Shown: piece by piece, positions 15,395 to 23,207 of the stretch
Position numbering within the stretch: position 1 is the stretch's first letter
Layout: every line of letters begins with the position of its first letter
Source: Halomicronema hongdechloris C2206
Lineage (GTDB): Bacteria > Cyanobacteriota > Cyanobacteriia > Phormidesmidales > Phormidesmidaceae
Assembly (NCBI RefSeq): GCF_002075285.3
Contig: NZ_CP021983.2
Location: 90,001 to 122,000, forward strand
Reading direction: 5' to 3'
Length of the DNA: 32,000 nt
Notes under the pieces: generated by a model
What the model saw: only the letters and a program-made list of their open reading frames with translations
Database searches by the model: none
Told to the model about the DNA's origin: nothing
Made by a program: the position numbers and the translations under genes

Positions 15395-18169
15395 ATGGTC
15401 CTGCTGCCCATGGCTAATGATGCCCTTAAGAGCCAATACCATGTCTTTATCTCCTATTCCCGTCGGAATAAGGCCTTCGTGAAGCAGCTGTTTGAGTATC
15501 TGCGACAATGCGATCGCACCGTTTGGGTCGACTGGGAAGACATTCCCCCCCTGTCCCAGTGGCGCGATGAAATTCGCCAGGGCATCTTGGCCGCCGATAA
15601 CTTCCTGTTCATTCTCAGTCCCGAATCGGCCAACTCGATGGAGTGTCATAAGGAAGTGGAATGGGCCCTGGCCTATCAGAAACGCCTGGTGCCTATCATT
15701 ATCCAACCCATCATAGACACCGACGTCCATCCGGCCCTGCGGGAGATCAACTGGATCTACTTTGACAATCCCGATCAGTTTGAGCAATCTGGGCAGACCC
15801 TGCTGCAGGCTCTCGACACCGATTTAGATTATGTGCGAGCCCATACCCGCCTGTTAACCAAAACCGATGAGTGGAGTCAGCATCAGCGGGATGACAGTCT
15901 GCTGCTACGAGGACAAGTGCTGGAAACCGCCGAGCGATGGCTGATTGAAACCCATAAGAAACCGTCCTTTACCCAGGCCCAGCGAGAATACGTGGCTACC
16001 AGTCGTCGGGCCGAAACCCGGCGGCAACGGCAACGGCAACGACTCCAAGTACTTGCCTTAGGGGGCATCACCATGGCCCTGGTGGTGGTCACTGGGGTGG
16101 GCTTGGTGGCGGAAAGTCGCCGCCGCCAGGCTGTCGTCCAGGGCATCGAGGCCCTGAGTGCTGCCTCGACCGCAAATTTTAGCCTGGGCAATCCTCTCAC
16201 GGCTCTGATGGCAGGATTGCAGGCCGGCCGACAATTGCAATCTGCCCCCTGGGCCGATCCTGAGCTGACCCCGAGGGTTCTGTCGACTCTGGCCGAATCG
16301 GTGTACTGGACTCACGAGCGCAATCACTTAATCGGTCACAGCAATTGGGTGTTTGGAGCCGATTTTAGTCCAGACGGCAACCAGTTAGTATCGGCCAGCC
16401 TCGATGGCAGCTTGAAGCTATGGCACACCAACGGAGAACTACTCAAGACCCTGGAAGGTCACGACGGCAAGGTCGTAGACGTTAGTATCAGCCCCGATGG
16501 CCAAGTCATCGCCTCAGCGGGAGAGGACGGCACGGTACGGCTGTGGCACCCTGACGGAGAACTTTTGAACACCCTGGAAGGCCATCAAGCCTGGGTGACT
16601 TCCGTACACTTTAGCCCCGATGGCCAACGGCTAGCCTCCGCCAGTCTCGATGGCAGCGTGTATCTCTGGCAACGGGATGGTACCTTGCTGCAGCAGTTGA
16701 CTGGTCATACCGGGCCGGTGTTGAGTGTGCACTTTAGTCCCGATGGGCGCTGGCTGGCCTCGGCTAGTGGCGATGGTACAGTGCGATTGTGGGGACGTGA
16801 TGGGGCAGCCTTACAGGTGTTACCAGGAGATAGCAGTAGCCTTTTCGAGGTGCGCTTTAGCCCCGACGGGCAGAGTTTAGCGGCAGCCAGTGAGCAGGGG
16901 AAGATTCTCCACTGGCAAGTGGACGGTACTTCCTTACCAACGATTGGTGACAGTAACCATAAACTCCTTGCCCTTGCCTACAGCCCTGATGGCCGCGTCA
17001 TCGGGGCTGGTAGTGATGATGGCCAGGTGCATCTATGGCGACTGAATGGCCAGCGACTGGCAAGCTTACCGGGACATCAAGGCTCAGTTCGTCATGTTGC
17101 CTTTAGTCCCGATGGTCAATTCATCGCCACCACCGGCGAAGACAATACCGTACGATTGTGGCAATGGCCCTCACCCTGGGTAACGCCTCGATTCGACTCC
17201 GATGTCGTCACTAGTGTGGCTGTGAACCCAACCACAGGACAGTTGGTGTCGGGTAGCGACGATGGCACTCTGAAACTCTGGTCCCCAGCAGGCACCGTGA
17301 CCGCAACCTTGCAGCGGTCTCTCGTGGTCATCAACGGCATGGCGGTGAGTCCGGGAGGGCAGTATCTTGCCGTGGCCGGGGAAGCGGAGGAGTCTGGACA
17401 GGGACTGGTGGAACTCTGGACAGCAGCTGGGCAGTTTGGCCGCCCCCTGGGCAGCCATGGCCAATGGGCCAATGGGGTTGCCTTCAGTCCCGATGGCCAC
17501 CAAATTGCTTCCGTTGGCGGGGATGGCCTGGTTAGGCTCTGGAGTGTGGCGGGGCAATCTCTGCAAGAGCTGGACCACGGCGGTAATCTCTTCGGCGTCG
17601 GCTTTAGTCCCGATGGTCAACGCTTGGCCTCAGCTGGAGAGCAGTCCTTAAAAATCTGGAATCTGGCCGCCGGCAGCGTGGAGCGATCCTTGACTACGGA
17701 GGCCAATCTCTACAGCCTTAGTTTCCATCCCCAGGGCCATACCCTGGCCATTGCCAGTGCCGACCATCGGGTGGGGTTATGGTCCCTGGAATCCGCAGCG
17801 CCCCGTTGGCTAGCGGGCCATACGGCCGAGGTCAATTTTGTCCAGTTCAGCCCCGACGGGACCCGCCTGGCCTCAGCCAGTCAAGACCAAACGGTGCGGC
17901 TCTGGAGTCAGCATGGAGATCCCATCGTGGCCCTGGCCGGCCATGATGAGGGGGTCAAAGCAGTCCGGTTTGATGCCGGGGGGACGACGTTGATCTCAGC
18001 CGGTGAGGACAACCGCATCCTGGTGTGGGATCTGAGTATTTTGCAAGTAGAGACCCTAGTGCAGTTGGGCTGTGCCTGGATCCAGGACTATTTGCAGACG
18101 AATCCGACTCTGACGGAGGCGGAGCAACAGCTCTGTGATGGGGTGACCAAGGATGCAAAGGCTGATTAG
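15395..18169 (+). CDS. TIR domain / single hydrophobic span / 14x WD40-repeat protein
   Basis: aa 16-130: HVFISYSRRNKAFVKQL ... VWVDWEDIPPLSQWRDEI ... FLFILSPESANSMECHKEVEWA is a TIR_2-type domain with the conserved Glu candidate E87 (gaa 15653-15655). aa 218-239: VLALGGITMALVVVTGVGLVA is flanked by Arg clusters. aa 311-882: 14 units of the GH..V..V.FSPDG..LAS.S.DGTVRLW type. The ATG lies 18 nt after the upstream stop; alternative ATG at 15410. Confidence 0.85.
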   Translation: MVLLPMANDALKSQYHVFISYSRRNKAFVKQLFEYLRQCDRTVWVDWEDIPPLSQWRDEIRQGILAADNFLFILSPESANSMECHKEVEWALAYQKRLVPIIIQPIIDTDVHPALREINWIYFDNPDQFEQSGQTLLQALDTDLDYVRAHTRLLTKTDEWSQHQRDDSLLLRGQVLETAERWLIETHKKPSFTQAQREYVATSRRAETRRQRQRQRLQVLALGGITMALVVVTGVGLVAESRRRQAVVQGIEALSAASTANFSLGNPLTALMAGLQAGRQLQSAPWADPELTPRVLSTLAESVYWTHERNHLIGHSNWVFGADFSPDGNQLVSASLDGSLKLWHTNGELLKTLEGHDGKVVDVSISPDGQVIASAGEDGTVRLWHPDGELLNTLEGHQAWVTSVHFSPDGQRLASASLDGSVYLWQRDGTLLQQLTGHTGPVLSVHFSPDGRWLASASGDGTVRLWGRDGAALQVLPGDSSSLFEVRFSPDGQSLAAASEQGKILHWQVDGTSLPTIGDSNHKLLALAYSPDGRVIGAGSDDGQVHLWRLNGQRLASLPGHQGSVRHVAFSPDGQFIATTGEDNTVRLWQWPSPWVTPRFDSDVVTSVAVNPTTGQLVSGSDDGTLKLWSPAGTVTATLQRSLVVINGMAVSPGGQYLAVAGEAEESGQGLVELWTAAGQFGRPLGSHGQWANGVAFSPDGHQIASVGGDGLVRLWSVAGQSLQELDHGGNLFGVGFSPDGQRLASAGEQSLKIWNLAAGSVERSLTTEANLYSLSFHPQGHTLAIASADHRVGLWSLESAAPRWLAGHTAEVNFVQFSPDGTRLASASQDQTVRLWSQHGDPIVALAGHDEGVKAVRFDAGGTTLISAGEDNRILVWDLSILQVETLVQLGCAWIQDYLQTNPTLTEAEQQLCDGVTKDAKAD
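16325..18040 (+). repeat. 14 tandem WD40-coding units (~123 nt each) inside the TIR gene
   Basis: The recurring motif tt(t/c)ag(c/t)cccga(t/c)gg (FSPDG) appears at roughly 123-nt spacing, for example near 16613, 16733, 16856, 17103, 17477, 17603 and 17847. The units are diverged at nucleotide level. Confidence 0.85.
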
Positions 18170-18295
18170 ATTGAGATATGCTAAAAGCCAGGTGGTTTGC
18201 GACCGTCCTCAGGCCCTGGTCTAATCGCAAGCACGATTTAAACAGGCGTTTCACCCTAGAATAGACCTACTTGTAACTTATCAGTGAGTCGTGCC

Positions 18296-18511
18296 ATGTC
18301 TGTGGAAACCGTCGGTAACCCGCCTCCCGAGGCCGATCAACTGCGGGCCGATATCGAAAAGCAATTACCCAACATCATCGCCAGGTTTAGCCAGGTGCTG
18401 CAAGAGGAATATGGGTTTACCGGCCTGCGGGTCGGCGGCTTTACGGTCGTGCCTGAGCAAGCGGCAACTGGTAATATTTCCTGCGACCAAGAAACCTGCT
18501 CGACCAATTGA
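18296..18511 (+). CDS. small hypothetical protein (71 aa from the ATG; 75 aa from GTG 18284)
   Basis: The ORF has C/G-rich third positions like neighbouring genes. A TAGAAT -10-like hexamer sits at 18257-18262. Other frames overlap here, so coding status is unproven. Confidence 0.35.
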   Translation: MSVETVGNPPPEADQLRADIEKQLPNIIARFSQVLQEEYGFTGLRVGGFTVVPEQAATGNISCDQETCSTN

Positions 18512-18549
18512 CCAGCAGATGCGAGCACCGTCCTCCAGCACTGACTCGC

Positions 18550-19314
18550 CTATTTTTTCTTTTTTTTCTTTTTCTTGCTGGATTTCTTGCTGAATTTCTT
18601 GGATGGAGAGGCTGCCTGGGTTCCCCCAGATCCAAATCCTTGTACTTGCGTCGGTGAAGATGGTTTAGGGGCCTTAAGAGAGCCCTGACCAAATTTGGCT
18701 GGTGTCTCCGAAGCAAGGGCGTCTAAATCTAGGGGCAACCCAGATTTTACGGCACTCACCTTGCCTTGGTTCGAGAGGTCATTCAACCATTCGCTGAAGG
18801 CCTCTAGCTGCGGCAAAGCCGCCCGCAACTCTCGGATGGATTCCGGCACGAAGTCATCCGGCTCGAAGTCTGATTCTGCTTTCAATCCCAGATCCACTTG
18901 CACCCTAGGCCAAGTCCCCGCACACATCTCGTCGATGTTGCCCTCGGCATAGACGGCGGCAATCAAATCAGCCGCCTCTACAACCTGAAACTTAACCAGC
19001 CCGTCCACCAGCCAACCATTGAGACCATCAGCATTATCGCGATAGGCCTTTAGCTGCTGCCATAGAATTTCTACACAGGTTGCCTGGGCATCGGGATACT
19101 GGTTACCGATGAGTTTAATGCCCTCGGCAATGGGAATCTTGCTCCACTCCGATAGGCCTTCGCGGGCTAAATAGGGCATCAGATCCGGTAACACCTCTGG
19201 TCCCATCAGAGCCAAGACCTCAGGGATTTCCTCACAGAAATAGTCATCATATTCATACTCTACTAGGAGCTTCAGGAGCGGCTGCAGGGCCTCTATCGCC
19301 CTAAGTTGTCCCAA
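18550..19314 (-). CDS. HEAT-repeat-like hypothetical protein with a C-terminal lysine-rich tail
   Basis: The 254-aa ORF starts at TTG. LGQLRAIEALQPLLKLL resembles a PBS-lyase/HEAT repeat. The C-terminus is KKFSKKSSKKKKKKKK. The first in-frame ATG is only at aa 37. Confidence 0.5.
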   Translation of the reverse strand: MGQLRAIEALQPLLKLLVEYEYDDYFCEEIPEVLALMGPEVLPDLMPYLAREGLSEWSKIPIAEGIKLIGNQYPDAQATCVEILWQQLKAYRDNADGLNGWLVDGLVKFQVVEAADLIAAVYAEGNIDEMCAGTWPRVQVDLGLKAESDFEPDDFVPESIRELRAALPQLEAFSEWLNDLSNQGKVSAVKSGLPLDLDALASETPAKFGQGSLKAPKPSSPTQVQGFGSGGTQAASPSKKFSKKSSKKKKKKKK

Positions 19315-19717
19315 AGCCCGCCAAGCATGGGCCGTAGACCATGATTAAACCGTCTGAGGGCCGTCGTTTGGATGCCTATCTCCGCCCCCTTCGCCGGTAG
19401 CAAAACTTACATTATCAGCTGGGGCAAACCCCGTAGGCACGATGGCAGTCCCTTTCAACTAGGCGATCGCATTAGTCAGGCAGAGACCGGATGGGTTTGA
19501 TGCTGAGGGCTATTCACAACCAGCAATCTGAGGGAGCCCGCTAGGCAGGCAGCACCAGAGGTAGGGAACTCGGGGCGGGCGCTGCTCGTCTTGATACTTT
19601 AGGCAAGGTATTAAAGATTACGTCCTTAATGCCTGGTCTCGGGATTGAGGCTCTGCCGTAGCGCTCAGCCTAGTAACTATTTGGATTGCTATTTCGCCTT
19701 TAACCATCGTAACGCCT

Positions 19718-20953
19718 ATGTTGATGCTCAGTGGTTTATCAAACCGTGCCCCCCTTGGGGCAATCGGTGTTCTTGTGGGGGCCCTGGTACCTTTGGGGAT
19801 GGCGGCACCGGGATGGGCCCAATCGGTGGAGTTTACCGATGTCAGTGATGACTATTGGGCGCGGCCGTTCATCGAGCGTCTGGCAGATGCCGAGATCATC
19901 GCTGGCTTCCCCAACGGTAGCTTTAAGCCCAATCAACCAGTGACCCGAGCCCAGTTTGCGGCCATTGTACGCAATGCTTTTGAGCAGCCGCAAATCCGCT
20001 CGGCTACCCGCTTTAGTGATGTGTCGGCCGACTATTGGGCCCGGGATGCGATCGCAGAAGCCTATCGCCGGGGCTTTCTCTCGGGCTATCCCAATGGCAC
20101 CTTTCGACCCGAACAGCAAATCCCCCGGGTACAGGTACTCGTCTCTCTAGTGAATGGGCTGGAGTTTAGTGCCAGTGGCTCGATCAACGAGGCCCTCAGC
20201 CTCTACCGCGATGCTGACCAGATCCCTAGCTATGCCGAGGATGAAGTAGCGGCGGCCACCGAGTCTGCCCTGGTGGTGAACTACCCCAATATCGACACCT
20301 TACGTCCAGAGCAGGTGTCGACCCGGGCCGATGTGGCGGCCTTCATCTACCAAGCCCTAGTAGCTGCAGGGCGGATGCCGGCCCTGCAAGCTGGCCTGCA
20401 AGCCAGCAACTACATCGTAGGCTATAGTGGGGCTATCCCCACCGTCTCAGGGGTGGTGCGGGCTGGTACATCAATTGAGCTCCACTATCCCAATGGCGAT
20501 GATGTGGATCTTGTGGTTGCTCCTGGGCAAACTGTGACCACCACCTTGGAGGTGGCTCGCCCGCTGCGCAATCAGCAGGGGCAGATCGTGATCCCCGCCG
20601 GTAGCCCGGTACAAGGACGAATTGTGCCGGTGGAGATCCGCGGGGCCTCGGTGACTGCGGCTAAATTCGTGGCTGATAGCCTGAGCGTGAATAATCGTCG
20701 CTACTCCATCGATGCCGAATCAGATGCGATCGCAGCCACTACCTCCGTCGAAGCTAGCACTCTGCAAGGGGCCTTGGTAACGGCTGCCGCCGAGTCCATC
20801 CTGGCTTCCCTCACTGGCAACCGTAACTTAGGCAGCCTAGTGGAAGCCATCCTCACCGGAGATAGCCAGACCACGTCCCAAAGTGCGGTGATTGTCATCG
20901 ACCCTACCCAATTGGATCTCACTGTCGAGTCAGATTTCACCGTAGGGAATTAA
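19718..20953 (+). CDS. S-layer-homology (3x SLH) domain protein with signal peptide
   Basis: Signal peptide: LVGALVPLGMAAPGWAQ. Three SLH units: FTDVSDDYWARPFIERLADAEIIAGFPNGSFKPNQPVTRAQFAAIV, FSDVSADYWARDAIAEAYRRGFLSGYPNGTFRPEQQIPRVQ, and YRDADQIPSYAEDEVAAATES. Confidence 0.8.
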   Translation: MLMLSGLSNRAPLGAIGVLVGALVPLGMAAPGWAQSVEFTDVSDDYWARPFIERLADAEIIAGFPNGSFKPNQPVTRAQFAAIVRNAFEQPQIRSATRFSDVSADYWARDAIAEAYRRGFLSGYPNGTFRPEQQIPRVQVLVSLVNGLEFSASGSINEALSLYRDADQIPSYAEDEVAAATESALVVNYPNIDTLRPEQVSTRADVAAFIYQALVAAGRMPALQAGLQASNYIVGYSGAIPTVSGVVRAGTSIELHYPNGDDVDLVVAPGQTVTTTLEVARPLRNQQGQIVIPAGSPVQGRIVPVEIRGASVTAAKFVADSLSVNNRRYSIDAESDAIAATTSVEASTLQGALVTAAAESILASLTGNRNLGSLVEAILTGDSQTTSQSAVIVIDPTQLDLTVESDFTVGN

Positions 20954-21111
20954 ACCTTACTACCAGCCTAGACCTGAATGTCTAGGCCTCGCTATAGCAC
21001 CGCCCTGGGCTTGGTCTAGACATTTAGAACAGTTATATGACGAGAATGACTTGCTGCTAGTAATGCAGTCGTAGTAGCATTAAAGACTGTGTCGAAATTG
21101 AAACACCACCT

Positions 21112-21309
21112 ATGCCTAAACTAAAGACGCGCCGGGCCGCAGCTAAGCGTTTTCGACGCAGCGGTAGCGGCAAGATCATGCGCCGCAAAGCATTTCGCAA
21201 CCATCTACTGCAACACAAATCTACCGATCGCAAAGCTCGTCTCGCTAAGATATCGACGGTGGATGACTCTGATGCGCCCAATGTGGAGGCGATGCTGCCC
21301 TATCTCTAG
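21112..21309 (+). CDS. rpmI: 50S ribosomal protein L35
   Basis: [33 protein letters not shown] is the canonical L35 sequence. Confidence 0.95.
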   Translation: MPKLKTRRAAAKRFRRSGSGKIMRRKAFRNHLLQHKSTDRKARLAKISTVDDSDAPNVEAMLPYL

Positions 21310-21378
21310 GGACCATTTTGGGGCAGCAGCCCTACCATTAAGGTGTTATTCATTTGCTTACTGCTAAGGAAATCAGTC

Positions 21379-21729
21379 ATGGCACGTGTCAAGCGCGGTA
21401 ATGTCGCCCGTAAACGCCGCAAAAAGATTCTAAAGTTGGCCAAGGGATTTCGGGGATCTCACTCTAAGTTATTCCGCACGGCTAACCAGCAGGTCATGAA
21501 GGCCTTGCGCAATGCCTATCGTGATCGTCGTCGCCGCAAGCGCGATTTTCGGCGATTGTGGATTACTCGCATCAATGCGGCTACCCGACAGCACGGCATG
21601 AGTTATAGCCGGTTTATCGGTCAATTGAAGCAGGCGGATATCCATCTTAACCGCAAGATGCTAGCCCAGATGGCCGTACTTGATCCAGAAGGCTTTGCCA
21701 AGATCGTTGACGTAGCCAGTAACGCGTAG
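21379..21729 (+). CDS. rplT: 50S ribosomal protein L20
   Basis: [26 protein letters not shown] is the canonical L20 N-terminus. AAGGA lies 8 nt upstream. The ORF-track start at 21343 is upstream of the true N-terminus. Confidence 0.95.
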   Translation: MARVKRGNVARKRRKKILKLAKGFRGSHSKLFRTANQQVMKALRNAYRDRRRRKRDFRRLWITRINAATRQHGMSYSRFIGQLKQADIHLNRKMLAQMAVLDPEGFAKIVDVASNA

Positions 21730-21798
21730 GCAGGCCAGGGGTCACTTGCTGCGCCAAGATTCCGCCAGAGGTGACCTCAGCATAGTGGCGATTGCCCC

Positions 21799-22578
21799 AT
21801 GGCAAGGCTTTATCAAGCGTTAGTTAGTTTAGGTGTGATGTTGGGAGTGTCATTGGCTGCACTCCCAATTTCTGTTGCCGCTGAATTGGAAGAGATTCGG
21901 GCGCGCGGGCATTTGGTAGTGGCCGTCAAGGACAATTGGCGGCCCCTGGGATTTCGCAATGATGCCGGGGAACTGGTGGGCTTTGAAATCGACATTGCCC
22001 GGCAGCTGGCTCAAGTTTTAGTAGGCGATGCGGCTGCCATTACGTTGGCACCTGTGGCCAATCAGGAGCGCCTACCAGTGGTAATGGAGGGACGGGTTGA
22101 TCTGGCTATCGCTGGGGTAGCCGCTACCCCAGCCCGGATGCGTTTGGTCAGCTTCAGTATGCCGTATTACCTAGATGGGACCGCCGTTGTGGCCCAGGAT
22201 CCCCAAATCCGGGCCCTGCAGGATGTGGGCCCAGGTCCTCTGACCGTCTTGGCAGGCTCTGATGCGATCGCAACCCTACAATATTTACTCCCCCACACAG
22301 TGTTAAACAGCGTCACCTCCTATCAGGCCGCCTTGAGCCGCCTACAAGCGGGGCAAACCAGAGGAGTTGCCGCAGATCTCACCGTCCTGACTGGCTGGGT
22401 GCAAGAACACCCAGACTATCACCTGCTGCCAAACACCCTCTCATCAGTGCCTCTGGCCGTGGTCATGCCCAAAGGCGTTCAGTATAACGACCTACGTCGC
22501 CAAGTCAACAACAGCATCCATCAATGGCATCAAGACGGCTGGCTAGAAGAGCGAGCCACAGCCTGGGGATTACCCTAG
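21799..22578 (+). CDS. amino-acid ABC transporter substrate-binding protein (family 3 SBP)
   Basis: Signal-like N-terminus, then RGHLVVAVKDNWRPLGFRNDAGELVGFEIDIARQLA and FSMPYY, typical of polar amino-acid binding proteins. Confidence 0.85.
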   Translation: MARLYQALVSLGVMLGVSLAALPISVAAELEEIRARGHLVVAVKDNWRPLGFRNDAGELVGFEIDIARQLAQVLVGDAAAITLAPVANQERLPVVMEGRVDLAIAGVAATPARMRLVSFSMPYYLDGTAVVAQDPQIRALQDVGPGPLTVLAGSDAIATLQYLLPHTVLNSVTSYQAALSRLQAGQTRGVAADLTVLTGWVQEHPDYHLLPNTLSSVPLAVVMPKGVQYNDLRRQVNNSIHQWHQDGWLEERATAWGLP

Positions 22579-22636
22579 CCAGTAGCCTCTCATGGCATCA
22601 TGGATGCGAAGGTAATCACTGGGCATTGAAACACAG

Positions 22637-23179
22637 ATGGAGAACAGCAACCTGCTCCTGATTTATTTGGCCACGTTACTCGTGCTGCTTACCATTGCAG
22701 CCGTCCTGGTCATCCGGCAAGTGCTAAAGACTCGTCGCATCGAAGGCACCCTGAACCGCCTGCAAAATAAGCTGAGCAAGGAGAAAGGCACCGCTAAGGA
22801 ATATTACGAGTTGGCTAGCTTGCTCTTAGACAAGAAGCTCTACACTCAGGCTGCCGTCTATTTACAACAGACCCTCAAGCAAATCCCCGAAGAGGAGGCC
22901 GAAAATGCCGCCTTGGCATACAACGCCTTGGGGTTTGCCTACTTTGCCCAAGAGCAGTACGACCTAGCCATCCGCAACTACAAAGAGGCCCTTAAGATCG
23001 CGCCCAACTATGCCACCGCACTCAATAACCTGGGCCACAGCTACGAACGCAAGCAACTCATCAGCCAGGCCTTAGAAGCCTACGAGGCCGCCCTCGAAGT
23101 AGATCCGCAAAACGCCACGGCCCGACGTCGAGCCAACTCCCTGCGTAAACGCCTAGTGACCTCCTCCTCTTCCTCCTAA
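22637..23179 (+). CDS. membrane-anchored TPR protein, likely photosystem I assembly factor Ycf37
   Basis: N-terminal TM helix followed by VIRQVLKTRR. TPR units follow (ALAYNALGFAYFAQEQYDLAIRNYKEALKIAPNY, ATALNNLGHSYERKQLISQALEAYEAALEVDPQN). The size (~180 aa) and layout match Ycf37 as I recall it. Confidence 0.55.
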   Translation: MENSNLLLIYLATLLVLLTIAAVLVIRQVLKTRRIEGTLNRLQNKLSKEKGTAKEYYELASLLLDKKLYTQAAVYLQQTLKQIPEEEAENAALAYNALGFAYFAQEQYDLAIRNYKEALKIAPNYATALNNLGHSYERKQLISQALEAYEAALEVDPQNATARRRANSLRKRLVTSSSSS

Positions 23180-23207
23180 GAGCTAAGTTGCCAGAGCTAA
23201 GTTGCCA
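23179..23207. repeat. perfect 14-nt tandem duplication (gagctaagttgcca x2)
   Basis: Direct reading. It spans the 17-nt gap between the convergent stops of the TPR gene (taa 23177-23179) and the PTPS gene (cta 23197-23199). Confidence 0.95.

Noticed and set aside
16325-18040. WD40-coding repeats as a hypervariable, recombining cassette array (as in fungal NLR WD40 genes).
   Set aside because: Neighbouring ~123-nt units are clearly diverged at nucleotide level, with only the FSPDG-coding core recurring. Recent concerted evolution or cassette shuffling is therefore not supported by this single sequence.
18170-18283. Promoter for the small ORF (TAGAAT at 18257-18262).
   Set aside because: No acceptable -35 element lies at 16-18-nt spacing. 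I kept it only as supporting context and did not annotate it as a feature.
20966-20987. Hairpin GCCTAGAC-ctgaat-GTCTAGGC after the SLH gene as a terminator.
   Set aside because: The stem is perfect, but no U-tract follows on the plus strand, so calling it an intrinsic terminator is not justified. It may still be an RNA-stability element.
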